NCBI GenBank assembly: GCA_001784175.1 | Contig: MFPR01000030.1 | Coordinates: forward strand, 1-64,000 | Direction of reading: 5' to 3' | DNA length: 64,000 nt | DNA from: Candidatus Lindowbacteria bacterium RIFCSPLOWO2_12_FULL_62_27 | Lineage (GTDB): Bacteria > Lindowbacteria > 2-12-FULL-62-27 | In this document: piece by piece, positions 17,873 to 26,952 of the stretch | Numbering within the stretch: the first letter of the stretch is position 1 | How the letters are laid out: the number at the start of each line of letters is the position of its first letter | Program-made: the position numbers and the translations under genes | Notes under the pieces: generated by a model | Database searches by the model: none | The model's input: the letters and a program-made list of their open reading frames with translations, nothing else | What the model was told of the DNA's origin: nothing

Positions 17873-18999
17873 AAGAACGCGGATTGGGGAGTATATACAG
17901 ACCAAAATACAAAAACCCGGGCGGGGCATTGATCGAATCCGGCGTCTGGTGGATCAGGTACTCCTACAGGGGGACTGTGCACAGAGAATCGTCAAAGTCC
18001 CGCAGCAAGGCTGACGCAGTCCGGCTGTTGAAGAAACGGCAGGGGGATATGGCAGCGGGCCGAGCGGGTGGCCCAGACATAGAAAAGACAACCTTTGATG
18101 ATCTGGCCAAATTGATCCTGACGGATTACGAGGTGAATGGCCGCCCGTCGATCAAACGACTTAGCTTCTCCATCAGCCAACTGCGGAATATTTTTGGCGA
18201 TTATAACGCGATGGATATAACGCATGACAGGATTCTTTCCTATATTAAATTGCGGAAAGATGCAGGGGCGGAAAACGCCACCATCAATCGGGAATTGGCC
18301 GCGCTCAAGCGAATGTTCAATCTGGGCAAACGCGCGCTCAAAGTTGGGCAACCTCCGTACATCCCGATGCTTAAAGAGGACAATGTCCGGAAAGGATTCT
18401 TTGAGTATCCTGAATATCAGGCTTTTCTCGATCATCTGCCAACATATCTTCAGCCCGTCATGGAGACGGCATACATCACGGGTTGGAGGATAAAATCAGA
18501 AATTTTGACGCGTCTGAAAATACACCTTGATATGTCGGAGGGCTGGCTCAGACTAGACACGGGTGAAACCAAGAACGGCGAGGGCCGTCAGTTTCCTCTT
18601 ATTCCCGAGTTGAGGAGGGTCATGGAGGACCAGTTGGCACGGACAAGGGAATTGGAAAGAAATACCGGGCGCATCATACCGTGGTTATTTCATCGTGATG
18701 GGCAGCCCATCAAGGATTTTCGATATGTCTGGGACAAGGCCAAGGAACTGGCCGCCGTTCCGGATCGGATTCCCCATGACTTCCGCAGAACGGCCGTCAG
18801 GAACCTCGAGCGCGCTGGAGTCCCAAGATCCGTTGCCATGAAACTTGTCGGACACAAAACAGAGTCCATGTACCGAAGATACGCCATCGTCGAAGAAAGC
18901 GACATGAAAGAGGCGGCGGAGAAACTTGCCGCATTGCAGAAGGCCCGTCGATTCATGACCATGAAAGTAGTTCCTCTCCGCCCCGCAGCCAACGAATAA
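17869..18999 (+). CDS. Tyrosine recombinase / phage-type integrase
   Basis: Catalytic R (TGWR), K (ETKNG), HDFRR, GH and Y (YRRY). Confidence 0.95.
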   Translation: MKERGLGSIYRPKYKNPGGALIESGVWWIRYSYRGTVHRESSKSRSKADAVRLLKKRQGDMAAGRAGGPDIEKTTFDDLAKLILTDYEVNGRPSIKRLSFSISQLRNIFGDYNAMDITHDRILSYIKLRKDAGAENATINRELAALKRMFNLGKRALKVGQPPYIPMLKEDNVRKGFFEYPEYQAFLDHLPTYLQPVMETAYITGWRIKSEILTRLKIHLDMSEGWLRLDTGETKNGEGRQFPLIPELRRVMEDQLARTRELERNTGRIIPWLFHRDGQPIKDFRYVWDKAKELAAVPDRIPHDFRRTAVRNLERAGVPRSVAMKLVGHKTESMYRRYAIVEESDMKEAAEKLAALQKARRFMTMKVVPLRPAANE

Positions 19000-19007
19000 A
19001 GATGAAC

Positions 19008-19027
19008 TGGCAAAGTTTTGGCAAAGT
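19008..19027 (+). repeat. Direct repeat TGGCAAAGT x2, probable integrase arm-type sites
   Basis: At 19008-19016 and 19019-19027, between the int stop and the att core. Confidence 0.65.
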
Positions 19028-19087
19028 CAGGGGTATCTCGTGTGTGCAACTCGTTGAATATCAAATGAAGGGTTGTCAATCCGCCGA

Positions 19088-19128
19088 GGATTTTGAGTCC
19101 CGCGCGTCTGCCGTTCCGCCACTCCGGC
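19088..19128 (-). tRNA. 5' half of tRNA-Leu(CAA), truncated after the anticodon loop (att junction)
   Basis: GCCGGAGTGGCGGAACGGCAGACGCGCGGGACTCAAAATCC, then non-tRNA sequence with no T-arm or acceptor 3' strand. Confidence 0.85.
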
Positions 19129-19143
19129 CTGAATCTGATAGAC

Positions 19144-19172
19144 AGGATACGCATGTCGGCCAGACATGTCAA
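19144..19172 (-). promoter_or_regulatory. Promoter of the tRNA-Leu fragment
   Basis: TTGACA-17 bp-TATCCT, 15 nt upstream of the tRNA 5' end. Confidence 0.7.
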
Positions 19173-19211
19173 TCAAACCCAATTCCGGGCCGGCGGCAAG
19201 TGCATTTGATT

Positions 19212-19231
19212 AAGTTAAAATACTCTAACTT
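19212..19231. promoter_or_regulatory. Putative DtxR/MntR-family operator
   Basis: Imperfect palindrome AAGTTAAAATACTCTAACTT overlapping the -35 (TTGATT-18-TAGGAT) of the iron locus. Confidence 0.6.
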
Positions 19232-19265
19232 GATTTACAGGCAAGAACTGAGTTAGGATACGGGC

Positions 19266-20765
19266 ATGATCGCACGATTTGAGCTTGTCCTCTGTCTTTG
19301 CCTGATGGGGACCATCGCCGGTGTATCCCATCCGGAGGCGTCGCAGGCGCAACCGCCGGGGCCACTTCTTGCGCGGATATATCCGGAAGCGTCCGCCATG
19401 CGGGAGAAGATCCTCTGGCTGGATGAGGGCGCTCAGGCGCAGGTCCGAGCGAAGGCGCGGGCGCCGTTTGACGAGCCTCACGTGTCCTACACCGAAATCG
19501 CCGGCGCGGGTGGCGTGGCCGGGTACGCCTTTGTCGACGACGTCAAGGGACTGCACGAGATGATCACGTATCTGGCGGCTCTGAACTCCGACGGGACCGT
19601 ACGGGCGGTTGAGATTCTGGCGTACCGGGAGGCCTATGGGTTCGAAATCAAGCACGAGCGGTTCCGGCGTCAGTTTGTGGGCAAGCGGCTCGAGGATCCG
19701 ATCCGTGTCGGAGCCGACATCCGCAACATTGCCGGCGCGACGATTTCGACGAACGCGATTTCCACGGGTGTGCGGAAGATTCTTGCGTTGTATGAGGTGG
19801 GGATCAAAGGGATGGTGACGCAGGGCGACAACCGAAATCTGCCACCCTCACCCCGACCCTCTCCCGCCAGAGGCGGGAGAGGGGGGTTACAGGACGGATA
19901 TCTTGAACACGATTCCGGCGCGTCCATCCGTCGATCGAGACCCGTGTGGGGGACGACCCTGACGGTCGAAGCAGCCGACACCGACAGGGGTCGGGACGTT
20001 CTCGAAGCGGCCTTCCGGGATGTCGAATCGCTGACGCCCGTCTTCAGCCGGTATGACACCGCGAGCGAAATTACCCGGCTGAACGCCCGGCCGGGCGAAT
20101 GGCACGATCCCTCTGTGGATTTTGCTGCGCTGTTCGATCTGTCTATGAGCGCGGCGCGCGAAACGAAAGGCTGGTTCGATCCGACCAAGCGCCGGGAGGG
20201 CCTGTCGCATGTGCATTTGGACGGAGGCGCGTCCGGGCGGCCCGCGCGAATGAGACTCGATACAGGAACCGCGCTTGATTTCGACGGCATAGCCAAGGGA
20301 TACGCGGTGGACCGAGTCATCCGGATTCTTCGATCGGCGGGGATTTCAAGCGGTCTCGTGAATTTCGGCGAGAGCAGCATCGCGGCGATCGGGTCGCCCG
20401 CGGGCGCCGGGCGCTGGCAGATTTCCGTGCGCGATCCGCGCCGCCCGAAGTCCGTGGCGACGCAGCCGCTCCTGCGGCTCGCGATCCGCGACGCGGTCGT
20501 GTCCGTGTCGGGCGCTTACGAACGCGGACCTCACATCATCGATCCCTTTACAGGAAAACCGCCTCCGGACAGCCTGCTGGCCGTCGTCGTGGGGCCGTTG
20601 GCGGCGTGGGATGGCGCCCGATCGGACGCGTGGTCGACGGCGCTTTTTGCCTGCGGCCCAAAACTTCTCGCCGACGCCGGCGCGGCCGGGTTTGAGGCCC
20701 TGTGGCTGGGTCCGGCCGGGCCGGTCCGAACGAAGGGATTTTCGGCGTACGAGGAAGGGCCATGA
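19266..20765 (+). CDS. apbE: FMN-binding domain fused to FAD:protein FMN transferase (ApbE)
   Basis: Signal peptide; FMN-bind domain with IAGATIS; ApbE motifs DFDGIAKGYAVD, SVSGAYER, HIIDPFTG, DAWSTALF. Confidence 0.88.
   Translation: MIARFELVLCLCLMGTIAGVSHPEASQAQPPGPLLARIYPEASAMREKILWLDEGAQAQVRAKARAPFDEPHVSYTEIAGAGGVAGYAFVDDVKGLHEMITYLAALNSDGTVRAVEILAYREAYGFEIKHERFRRQFVGKRLEDPIRVGADIRNIAGATISTNAISTGVRKILALYEVGIKGMVTQGDNRNLPPSPRPSPARGGRGGLQDGYLEHDSGASIRRSRPVWGTTLTVEAADTDRGRDVLEAAFRDVESLTPVFSRYDTASEITRLNARPGEWHDPSVDFAALFDLSMSAARETKGWFDPTKRREGLSHVHLDGGASGRPARMRLDTGTALDFDGIAKGYAVDRVIRILRSAGISSGLVNFGESSIAAIGSPAGAGRWQISVRDPRRPKSVATQPLLRLAIRDAVVSVSGAYERGPHIIDPFTGKPPPDSLLAVVVGPLAAWDGARSDAWSTALFACGPKLLADAGAAGFEALWLGPAGPVRTKGFSAYEEGP
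19845..19886 (+). repeat. REP-like palindrome in frame in the interdomain linker
   Basis: CCCTCACCCCGA-CCCTCTCCCGCC(AGA)GGCGGGAGAGGG; encodes PSPRPSPARGGRG. Confidence 0.7.
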
Positions 20766-20829
20766 TTTCCGAAATTTGCTTTTGTGGCTATAGGTGCGAT
20801 AAAATATACATGGAAAAGCCCTCTTTGCC

Positions 20830-20898
20830 GGTAAGGTCGAAAGCCTTACCAACGGCTCCGGTCCTGCTTCAGACCGGAGCCGTCTTTGTCTACGGCTC
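20830..20898 (+). promoter_or_regulatory. Structured intergenic region with alternative hairpins next to the start codon
   Basis: GGTAAGG..GAAA..CCTTACC; ACGGCTCCGGTC/GACCGGAGCCGT; second ACGGCTC directly before ATG 20899. Confidence 0.45.
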
Positions 20899-21456
20899 AT
20901 GACCCAGTATTACGCGCTTCCGAAGTTTTCTCTGAACCGCTCGCGTCCGTCGATCAAGGTTCTCATCACGCTGTTTTTGATCGGGACGCTTCTGGCGACG
21001 TGGCTATCGGTGTACACGCTGCACCACCGGACGGGCCTGACTGTGCGAGGCGTGGTGCAGTATTATCTCGGAAACGAAGGCGTGGTCGGCGCAGCGGAGA
21101 TTTTATTTCCAAAATCAAGCGGCGAGATGCTCGAATTTTTTCACATCCATGCCTTCACGCTGCTTCTTCTCATGTTCATCCTCTGCCATTTCGTCGCGCT
21201 GACGACGGTGAGCGAGGCGCGCAAGATCATGAATTTCACGCTGACGTTTCTGTCGTGGCTCGGCATGATGGTCTTCCCCTGGGGCGTGCGGTTCGGCGCG
21301 TCGCCGTCGCGGTGGGCGGGCGCCGCTCTCTGCAGCGGATTTGTGTTTCTGGCGGTCACCGCCGTCGGGTCCGCGGCCGTTCTTTGGGAAGTATGGATAT
21401 CGCCGCTTGGGGACGCGAAGGCGCTCGGCGATCCGGAAGACGGCCCGGACCTGTGA
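20899..21456 (+). CDS. Hypothetical integral membrane protein (about 4 TM, several His)
   Basis: Hydrophobic segments; HIH and CHF within or near TM; co-oriented with the iron genes. Confidence 0.75.
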   Translation: MTQYYALPKFSLNRSRPSIKVLITLFLIGTLLATWLSVYTLHHRTGLTVRGVVQYYLGNEGVVGAAEILFPKSSGEMLEFFHIHAFTLLLLMFILCHFVALTTVSEARKIMNFTLTFLSWLGMMVFPWGVRFGASPSRWAGAALCSGFVFLAVTAVGSAAVLWEVWISPLGDAKALGDPEDGPDL

Positions 21457-21472
21457 AACAACCGGGCGACTT

Positions 21473-21492
21473 TACTTTGGACACCCAAACTT
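21473..21492. promoter_or_regulatory. Second putative DtxR-family operator
   Basis: TACTTTGGACACCCAAACTT, imperfect palindrome, 12/20 identical to the 19212 box, directly upstream of the regulator. Confidence 0.5.
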
Positions 21493-21500
21493 AGTAAACT

Positions 21501-21974
21501 ATGTCTAACATGAGGAACACAGGCCCGAGGAGCAAGTTAACCGAGAGCATGGAGATGTATCTGAAGACAATCCTGCAGATTCAGCGGCACCGGCAGGTGG
21601 CGCGGGTGCGGGACATTGCCGAGGCGCTGGACGTTTCGATGTCGAGCGTCACGGCCGGCCTGAAGGGGTTGGCCTCCAAGTCGCTCATTCATCATGACCG
21701 ATACGAATATGTGCAGTTGACGGAGGAAGGGAAGAAGCGAGCGGAGGATTTGCTGTACAAGTGCGAAGTGATGGGCAAGTTTTTCTCCCAGTGTCTGGGC
21801 GTGGAGGAGGGGATTGCCAAGTCCGACGCGTGTTTGATGGAGCATGTGGTGAGTGGCGAGACCATCGACCGGATGATCCGATTTATGGAGTACGTCGAAT
21901 CGGACGCGCAAAAGGGCAAGAGGCTGATCGACGGATTCCAGACGTTCGCACGCCGGAACCGCCGTAGCCGGTAG
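21501..21974 (+). CDS. DtxR/MntR-family metal-dependent repressor
   Basis: LTESMEMYLKTI...ARVRDIAEAL.VS..SV...LTEEG...ACLMEH.VS. Confidence 0.93.
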   Translation: MSNMRNTGPRSKLTESMEMYLKTILQIQRHRQVARVRDIAEALDVSMSSVTAGLKGLASKSLIHHDRYEYVQLTEEGKKRAEDLLYKCEVMGKFFSQCLGVEEGIAKSDACLMEHVVSGETIDRMIRFMEYVESDAQKGKRLIDGFQTFARRNRRSR

Positions 21975-21992
21975 CGGGCGAAGGACGGGGAT

Positions 21993-22220
21993 ATGACCGT
22001 GTTGGATCTGCCCAGGAACCGCTGGGCCCGGGTCGAGGCAGTGGAGGGTGACGACGCGATCCGGACGCGGCTTTTGGAGATGGGCTTCACGCCCGGCGAA
22101 TGCATCCGGCTGGTCGCCGCGTCGCCCTTTCACAATCCCATCGCCGTCAACCTCCGCGGCACCGTGTTCGCGCTGCGGGACTACGAAGCTTCCTGTCTAA
22201 AAGTATGTCTGATGGATTGA
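21993..22220 (+). CDS. feoA: Ferrous iron transport protein A
   Basis: RLLEMGFTPG...P..V.LRG...ALR; precedes feoB. Confidence 0.92.
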   Translation: MTVLDLPRNRWARVEAVEGDDAIRTRLLEMGFTPGECIRLVAASPFHNPIAVNLRGTVFALRDYEASCLKVCLMD

Positions 22221-24163
22221 GTCTCCCGACGGAGAGCCCCGCCACCGCATCCGCCGCCCCGCTCGTGGCGCTCGCCGGGCTGCCGAACTCCGGCAAGACC
22301 ACCCTGTACAATGCGCTGACCGGATCCCACTACCGGACGGTCAACTATCCGGGGTCGACGGTCGAGTACGCGATCGGCCGCGGCCGGATCGGAAGCCGGC
22401 CGGCGCGGGTGATGGACTCGCCGGGCATCACGAGCCTGACGAGCCAGTCTCTGGACGAAGTCACGACGGTCCGTGCGCTTTTCGGGCACTCCCGGCACGG
22501 GATGCCGGACGTGGTCGTGGTGGTGGCGGACGCGACGCAGTTGCCGAGGCATCTCTATCCGGCGATGCAGCTCATCGGGGCCGGCCACCGCGTCGTGATC
22601 GCGCTGACGATGGTGGACATCCTCGAACAGCGGAAACACATGCGGATCGATACGGCGGCGGTCGAGGCCGACCTCAAGTGTCCGGTGGTCCGGGTGGACG
22701 GACGAACGGACGCGGGGGTGGAGGACCTGCGGCGGAAGATCAGCGAGAGCCTGCAGACGCCGCGTGCAGTCCAGCCGGCGCGGCCGGAGGCGCCGACCGA
22801 TACCGAGATTTCATCGATTTACCGGGCGCTGGAGCGGACTCAATCAAAGGCATTGCAGGCCGATGAGGCGAGGACTGATCTGGCCAAGCGCCTGTCGATC
22901 TGCATGTCGGACCCGCTGACGGAGCGTCTGGACCGGATTTTCCTTCATCCGGTGTTCGGCGTGGTCGTTTTCAGCACGATCATGACGGCGATTTTCACAT
23001 CGATTTTCTGGGTCGCGCGGCCGATGATGGATTCGGTCGACAGCGCCATCACGCTTCTGGCCGGCGCCGTCGGCGCCGTTCTGCCGGACGCCTGGCTTGC
23101 GCATCTGGTGACGGACGGCATGATCATGGGGGCCGGGGCGGTGGCGGTGTTCATTCCGCAGATTGTCATTTTGTTTCTGGCGCTCGGGTTTCTGGAGGAT
23201 TCCGGGTATCTGTCGCGCGGCGCAATGATCGTCGACCGGCCGCTGGCGGCGGTCGGGCTGTCGGGCCGAGGATTTGTGCCGATCCTGTCGGGGTTCGCGT
23301 GCGCGATCCCGGCGATGCTGTCGACGCGGACGATCCCGAGCGCGCGGGAGCGGATGCTGACGATTTTCATTCTGCCGCTCATGGTCTGCAGCGCGCGCCT
23401 GCCGGTGTATGGACTGCTTCTGTCGTTCCTCACGCCGGCGGACCGGCCGTGGATCGGCGGATTGGGACTGACGGCGCTGTATCTGTTCAGCGTGGTGTCG
23501 GGCCTCGTGGGCGCGGCGATTCTGGGCCGGTTTTTAAAACTGGACAAGAGCAAGAAGCCCACGCTGCTTTTGGAGCTTCCGGCGATCCGGCGGCCCAAGT
23601 TCCGCGTGGTCCTGACGTCGACCTATCACCGGACGAAGTCCTACATCCAGCGGGCCGGAGGGACGATCCTGGCGATTGCGATCGCGCTCTGGATTCTCAC
23701 TCACTTTCCCCCGAGGCCCGGGCTGACCGAATCGGAGCAGCTCTCGCAGTCGATCGCGGCCACGATGGGCCGGTGGATCGAGCCGGTGATGGCGCCGATG
23801 GGATTGGACTGGCGCGTGGGCGTGGCGCTCATCTGCGCGTTCGCCGCGCGCGAAGTTTTCGTCGGCGCGCTGGCGCTGGTGCTGCTCGTGTCGAGCGGGG
23901 GGGACGCGGTGGAAGCGCCGCTGTTTTTGGCGATGCGCCAGGCGACGCTTCCGGACGGAACGCCGCTTTTCACGTTTGCGTCCTGCCTCGGCCTCATCGT
24001 CTTTTTTGTGTTCGCGCTCCAGTGCATGTCGACGGTCGCAGTCAGCCGCAAGGAAACCGCGGGCTGGCGGATCCCCGCGCTGCAGCTCGTGGCCTTCACG
24101 GGCGTCGCCTACGTTTCAGCGGTCGCCGTGGTCCAAGTCCTGAGGTGGCTCGGAATTTCCTAG
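22205..24163 (+). CDS. feoB: Ferrous iron transporter B
   Basis: GLPNSGKTT, NYPGSTVE, DSPG, LEDSGY, GFACAIPA, CSARLPVY, AAREV. Start set at ATG 22205. Confidence 0.95.
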   Translation: MSDGLSLPTESPATASAAPLVALAGLPNSGKTTLYNALTGSHYRTVNYPGSTVEYAIGRGRIGSRPARVMDSPGITSLTSQSLDEVTTVRALFGHSRHGMPDVVVVVADATQLPRHLYPAMQLIGAGHRVVIALTMVDILEQRKHMRIDTAAVEADLKCPVVRVDGRTDAGVEDLRRKISESLQTPRAVQPARPEAPTDTEISSIYRALERTQSKALQADEARTDLAKRLSICMSDPLTERLDRIFLHPVFGVVVFSTIMTAIFTSIFWVARPMMDSVDSAITLLAGAVGAVLPDAWLAHLVTDGMIMGAGAVAVFIPQIVILFLALGFLEDSGYLSRGAMIVDRPLAAVGLSGRGFVPILSGFACAIPAMLSTRTIPSARERMLTIFILPLMVCSARLPVYGLLLSFLTPADRPWIGGLGLTALYLFSVVSGLVGAAILGRFLKLDKSKKPTLLLELPAIRRPKFRVVLTSTYHRTKSYIQRAGGTILAIAIALWILTHFPPRPGLTESEQLSQSIAATMGRWIEPVMAPMGLDWRVGVALICAFAAREVFVGALALVLLVSSGGDAVEAPLFLAMRQATLPDGTPLFTFASCLGLIVFFVFALQCMSTVAVSRKETAGWRIPALQLVAFTGVAYVSAVAVVQVLRWLGIS

Positions 24164-24957
24164 ATCAGTTTCTGCCGGACGATATTGTAAAAGGACGGAG
24201 CGTGACGGCGCTCCGGACGGACGAAGTTTGCGGTATAGGCCGAGGGCAGGACCCGGATGCGGGTGGGGCCGGGCTTGAGCCGGTGGACGCGCTGGCCGTC
24301 GAGGCTGACGCGCAGATCCGTGAACCGGTCGGTCCACTCGATCTTGATTTCCTCCTCGTCCACCACCATTGGCCGCACCCTCGGCGGATGGGGGCAGATG
24401 GGGACGATGAGGAAGGCGCGCAGCTTTGGTGAAAGGACGGGCCCGCCGGCCGCGAGGGCGTGCCCGGTCGAGCCGGTCGGTGTGGCGACGATGACGCCGT
24501 CGAGGCTGAAGATGCCAGCGGACTCGCCGCCGATGGTGATGGAAAGCTCCGGGATTCGCGCGAGACCCTCGCGGACGAGGAGCATTTCGTTGAGCGCGAC
24601 GCCGAGCTTTTTGTCGCGGCCGGCCTTGCGGGTTTGCCACACGTCCAGCATGCGGCGCTCTTCCACCGAGAATTTTCCGTGCAGAATCCCGTTCAGTCCC
24701 GAAAAAACATTCTTCTCGTCGAATTCGGCCAGAAACCCCAGCCGGCCGACGTTGATCCCCACGATCGGCACGCCCCGCCGGGCCGCCTCCGGAGCGATGG
24801 ACAGGATCGTCCCGTCGCCTCCGATGACCAACAGGACTTGGGCGCGGTCGAGCGGCACAATCGAAACGCGCCGCCCCAGATGCCGCCGTAGCTTGTCCGC
24901 GAGCTGCACGGCCCGCGGCTTGCCGTCATGCCGCCAGATGGCGATTCGGGTGATCAT
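24160..24957 (-). CDS. nadK: NAD kinase
   Basis: GGDGT, GRLGFL, NE, TPTGSTG motifs. Confidence 0.95.
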   Translation of the reverse strand: MITRIAIWRHDGKPRAVQLADKLRRHLGRRVSIVPLDRAQVLLVIGGDGTILSIAPEAARRGVPIVGINVGRLGFLAEFDEKNVFSGLNGILHGKFSVEERRMLDVWQTRKAGRDKKLGVALNEMLLVREGLARIPELSITIGGESAGIFSLDGVIVATPTGSTGHALAAGGPVLSPKLRAFLIVPICPHPPRVRPMVVDEEEIKIEWTDRFTDLRVSLDGQRVHRLKPGPTRIRVLPSAYTANFVRPERRHAPSFYNIVRQKLI

Positions 24958-24991
24958 GGGATTAAAATAACATTGAATCGGGCAAAAACAA

Positions 24992-25786
24992 TCAAAAAGC
25001 TTCGGCCACGACACAAGCCACGGACTCCGGTGGGACGGGCGCGGGGTTTGCGCGTGACACTTTCAACAGATACTCGATGTTTCCATCGCCGCCGCGGAGT
25101 GGGCTGGGGATGAGATCGGCGAGGAAGAGATGGAGGTCGGCGAGTTTGTGGGCGGCGGCGGTCAGGAGTCTTGTGTGAATTGCAGGGTCGAGGAGGAGGC
25201 CGCCTTTGCGGACCTCGCCACGGGCGGCTTCGAAGTTGGGTTTGAACAGAATCACGCCTTCCGCGGCCGGAGAAAGGAGCGGAATGATCGCCGGGAGGAT
25301 TTTGAACACCGAAATGAACGACACGTCCATCGCGAGGAAATCGACAGGCGGCGGGACATCGGCCGTCGTGAGGGTCCGGGCGTTTTTTCGTTCGAGCAGA
25401 ACGAGTCGCGGGTCCGGGCGGAGTCGGGCGTCGAACTGGCCGTAGCCGACATCAACCGCGTAGACCCGGGCGGCGCCGCGGTCGAGGAGGACCTGCGTAA
25501 AGCCGCCGCTTCCGGCGCCGATGTCCAGACAGATGCGGCCGCGGCATGAGAGGCCAAACCGGTCCAGCGCGGCCGAAAGTTTTTCGGCGCCCCGGCCGAC
25601 CCAGCGAGATTTCGACCGGACCTCGATCCCCGCGTCCGGCGGGACCGGCCGGCCGGCCTTGTCGGATTTTTCGCCGGCGACAAAAACGGTCCCGGCCAAA
25701 ATGGCCGCCTGGGCCTTGGCGCGGCTTTCAAAAAGTCCGCGGTCCACCAAAAGGAGGTCCAATCGGATTTTTTTCGGCGCCGTCAA
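24992..25786 (-). CDS. tlyA: TlyA-family rRNA methyltransferase
   Basis: RLDLLLV..GL..SR.KA S4 domain, LDIGA..GGFT, DVSFIS. Start approximate (TTG 25786). Confidence 0.92.
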   Translation of the reverse strand: MTAPKKIRLDLLLVDRGLFESRAKAQAAILAGTVFVAGEKSDKAGRPVPPDAGIEVRSKSRWVGRGAEKLSAALDRFGLSCRGRICLDIGAGSGGFTQVLLDRGAARVYAVDVGYGQFDARLRPDPRLVLLERKNARTLTTADVPPPVDFLAMDVSFISVFKILPAIIPLLSPAAEGVILFKPNFEAARGEVRKGGLLLDPAIHTRLLTAAAHKLADLHLFLADLIPSPLRGGDGNIEYLLKVSRANPAPVPPESVACVVAEAF

Positions 25787-25799
25787 TTTAGACGTTTGT

Positions 25800-26693
25800 C
25801 TACTTGACGCGTTCGACGACGAACTCCGCGAGGAGTTCGAGCGGGCGGCGGCGGTCGGGCGGGAAGGATCCCAGGGCCGCCCTGGCCTTTGCGGACAGCT
25901 CCCGCGCTTTGGCAGCGGCGCCGTCGAGTCCGAGAACTTTCGGATACGTCCACTTGCCCATTTTTTCGTCGGTGCCGACGGCCTTGCCCATGTATTCCTG
26001 ATTGCCGACGACGTTGAGGATATCGTCGCAGACCTGGAAGGCGAGGCCGATCGCATCGCCGTATTCGGCGAGTTTCTGCAGGATGGCCTCATGGACGCCC
26101 GCGAGGACGGCGGGGGCCGTGACGGAGACGGAGAGGAGCCGGGCCGTTTTCAGGTCATGCATGTTCTGCAGGCGGTCCTCCGTGGAGGGCGCGACAACGC
26201 CGCAGGTGTCGATGAACTGCCCGCCGACCATGCCGCCCGGCCCGGCCGCCGAGGCGACCTGATGGACGCACCTCGTCACATTTTCCGGCTGGAAATTCCG
26301 CGCGAAGGATTCCTCGGACAGAAGCTCAAACGCGAACGTCAGGAGGCCGTCTCCCGCCAGGATGGCGGCCGCCTCTCCGAATTTTTTGTGGCTGGTGGGC
26401 AGTCCCCGCCGAAGGTCGTCGTTGTCCATCGCCGGCAGGTCGTCGTGAATGAGGGAATAGGTGTGAATGCACTCAAGGGCGACGAAGAGGTTGTCGAACC
26501 GCGTGAAGTCTCGACCCAGAAGTTCGACGACAGTCAGCGCGAGGACCGGCCGGAGTCGTTTGCCGCCGGCGAAGAGGGAATACCGGATGGCCTCGGCGAG
26601 CGGCGGGGGCCAGGCATTTCGTTTTTCGAATTTTTTGGCGAGGATCGAATCGATCCTGGCCTTCTGGGCCTCGATTAACTCTGCGGCGATCAT
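25800..26693 (-). CDS. ispA: Polyprenyl (farnesyl) diphosphate synthase
   Basis: GGKRLRP, SLIHDDLPAMDNDDLRRG, AFQVCDD. Confidence 0.95.
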   Translation of the reverse strand: MIAAELIEAQKARIDSILAKKFEKRNAWPPPLAEAIRYSLFAGGKRLRPVLALTVVELLGRDFTRFDNLFVALECIHTYSLIHDDLPAMDNDDLRRGLPTSHKKFGEAAAILAGDGLLTFAFELLSEESFARNFQPENVTRCVHQVASAAGPGGMVGGQFIDTCGVVAPSTEDRLQNMHDLKTARLLSVSVTAPAVLAGVHEAILQKLAEYGDAIGLAFQVCDDILNVVGNQEYMGKAVGTDEKMGKWTYPKVLGLDGAAAKARELSAKARAALGSFPPDRRRPLELLAEFVVERVK

Positions 26694-26712
26694 GGCGAAG
26701 GTTCCGCCCGGT

Positions 26713-26952
26713 TTAAGACTCGTTCACTTTGAGCGGCCCGACGGCGGGGCGGTCCTCGGCGCTCTGGGGGAGGACCTTTTCGAGTTTGGCTTCGGCCGCC
26801 GCGAGTTTTTTTTCGCAGACTTTGACGAGTTTCATTCCCTCTTCGTAGAGTTCGATCGATTTTTCGAGGCTCGTGCTTTCGGATTCGAGACCCTCGACGA
26901 TCTCGTCCAGCCGTTCGACCGCTTCCTCAAATTTCAGTTCACGTTCGGACAT
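26713..26952 (-). CDS. xseB: Exodeoxyribonuclease VII small subunit
   Basis: FEEAVERLDEIV..LE....LEKSIELYEEG. Confidence 0.93.
   Translation of the reverse strand: MSERELKFEEAVERLDEIVEGLESESTSLEKSIELYEEGMKLVKVCEKKLAAAEAKLEKVLPQSAEDRPAVGPLKVNES

Larger units (their letters stand above)
10752..19097. mobile_element. Integrative element / genomic island at tRNA-Leu(CAA); left boundary approximate
   Basis: Integrase and excisionase adjacent to a split tRNA, arm-type repeats, lower GC, accessory regulators and RNases. Left limit inferred from the porV truncation point. Confidence 0.75.

Noticed and set aside
10752-19097. Complete prophage
   Set aside because: No capsid, terminase, portal or lysis genes. 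The fibre-like genes nearby carry signal peptides and lie in the porV operon.
19000-19128. Intron-containing tRNA-Leu
   Set aside because: No group I intron core or 3' exon is visible. The adjacent DNA carries arm-type repeats and an integrase, which fits an att junction.
22600-22625. FeoB G4 motif reads TMVD instead of NxxD (possible inactivation)
   Set aside because: All other motifs are intact and G4 variation alone is weak evidence.
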